Assembly (NCBI GenBank): GCA_964247135.1
Contig: CAXTTL010000017.1
Span: forward strand, 1-38,145
Length of the DNA stretch: 38,145 nucleotides
Source: an uncultured Deinococcales bacterium
GTDB lineage: Bacteria; Deinococcota; Deinococci; Deinococcales; JAAFIG01
Direction of reading: 5' to 3'
Shown: positions 37,606 through 38,145 of the stretch, in pieces
Layout: every line of letters begins with the position of its first letter
Numbering within the stretch: the stretch's first letter is position 1
The notes under the pieces: generated by a model
The model's input: the letters and a program-made list of their open reading frames with translations, nothing else
Databases searched by the model: none
What the model was told of the DNA's origin: nothing
Position numbers and translations under genes: made by a program

Positions 37606-38145
37606 TTCGGCATAAACAGCACTTGAAACGGTGTGTTCGGCTCGAGTTGCGCGTACTTGATCGCTTGTTGTCCTTGCGGATTGAGGAAGGCTTGCGCCAG
37701 ACTTTGCAAGAGGTTCAAGCCCAAGTTTGGTTGCGGACTGTTGACGGTGGTCGTCCCATTCAAGACCGTGGTGGTCGCGCCTTGCAATACACCCTGCAAG
37801 TAATTCGATGTCCCTTGCAAGCCAGCGTTGAACAACTTGGAGACCACATCAGGACCATCCTCACGGACTTGGGCGGTCACTCCAGGAAAGCCGTCCGCAC
37901 TGAGCGCCGTGCCATTGACGGACTGCGAGATGTTGTCCCTGCTGACCTCGAGCAAGCTGATTTGCACCCGACCCGCATTGGTCAAGCTCGCCTTGCCAAA
38001 AGCAAACACACCATCCTCAAGCATGGCAACCACGGGTGATTCCTGCCCTTGCACCACTACCAATCCCAGCACGAGTTTTGCCCCCAATCGTGTGCCTGGT
38101 GGGTAGGGACTCGAGCTTGAAGGGTCGGCTTGTTTCTTCGTTTGG
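37602..38145 (-). CDS. TrbI/VirB10-like conjugation protein, C-terminal part (5' end outside window)
   Basis: Frame is open to the window edge (QTKKQADPSSSSPYPPGTRLGAKL...); GTxLxAxL...SPVVA...DGxPG...LEPNTPFQVLF resembles the VirB10/TrbI barrel. Confidence 0.55.
   Translation of the reverse strand, partial: QTKKQADPSSSSPYPPGTRLGAKLVLGLVVVQGQESPVVAMLEDGVFAFGKASLTNAGRVQISLLEVSRDNISQSVNGTALSADGFPGVTAQVREDGPDVVSKLFNAGLQGTSNYLQGVLQGATTTVLNGTTTVNSPQPNLGLNLLQSLAQAFLNPQGQQAIKYAQLEPNTPFQVLFMPK

Larger units (their letters stand above)
16012..38145. mobile_element. Conjugative plasmid/ICE backbone with cargo (boundaries not visible)
   Basis: Co-occurrence of initiator, loader, ParB, putative conjugation genes, mutagenesis cassette and heterogeneous cargo; no core housekeeping operons. 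Confidence 0.6.

Noticed and set aside
1-38145. tRNA, rRNA, integrase, parS or DnaA boxes
   Set aside because: None recognised by eye on either strand.

Overview
This looks like part of a conjugative plasmid or ICE, probably from a Deinococcota-like host (inferred from gene content, not verified). Backbone genes: a phage-type HTH replication initiator with internal 21-bp iterons, a DnaC/IstB-like loader, ParB, putative conjugation genes, and a SRAP / imuB-like / dnaE2 mutagenesis cassette. Accessory cargo: a frameshifted beta-propeller lectin-like gene, an S8 protease, a BTAD-STAND-TPR regulator, a DUF4157 polymorphic toxin with SUKH immunity, an IS630, and a MACPF-like secreted protein. The four strongest leads are: (1) a three-gene YukJ-LTD / trypsin-protease-S1/P1 fusion / membrane-TPR locus whose nuclease or phospholipase domain looks like a self-cleaved zymogen; (2) an unannotated 47-aa secreted peptide gene divergent from a TPR protein, resembling RRNPP peptide signalling; (3) two 50-bp sites in inverted orientation bracketing an 8.1-kb segment; (4) extreme HIP1-like over-representation of CTCGAG that separates backbone from cargo. 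All calls come from reading motifs by eye; no database searches were run.
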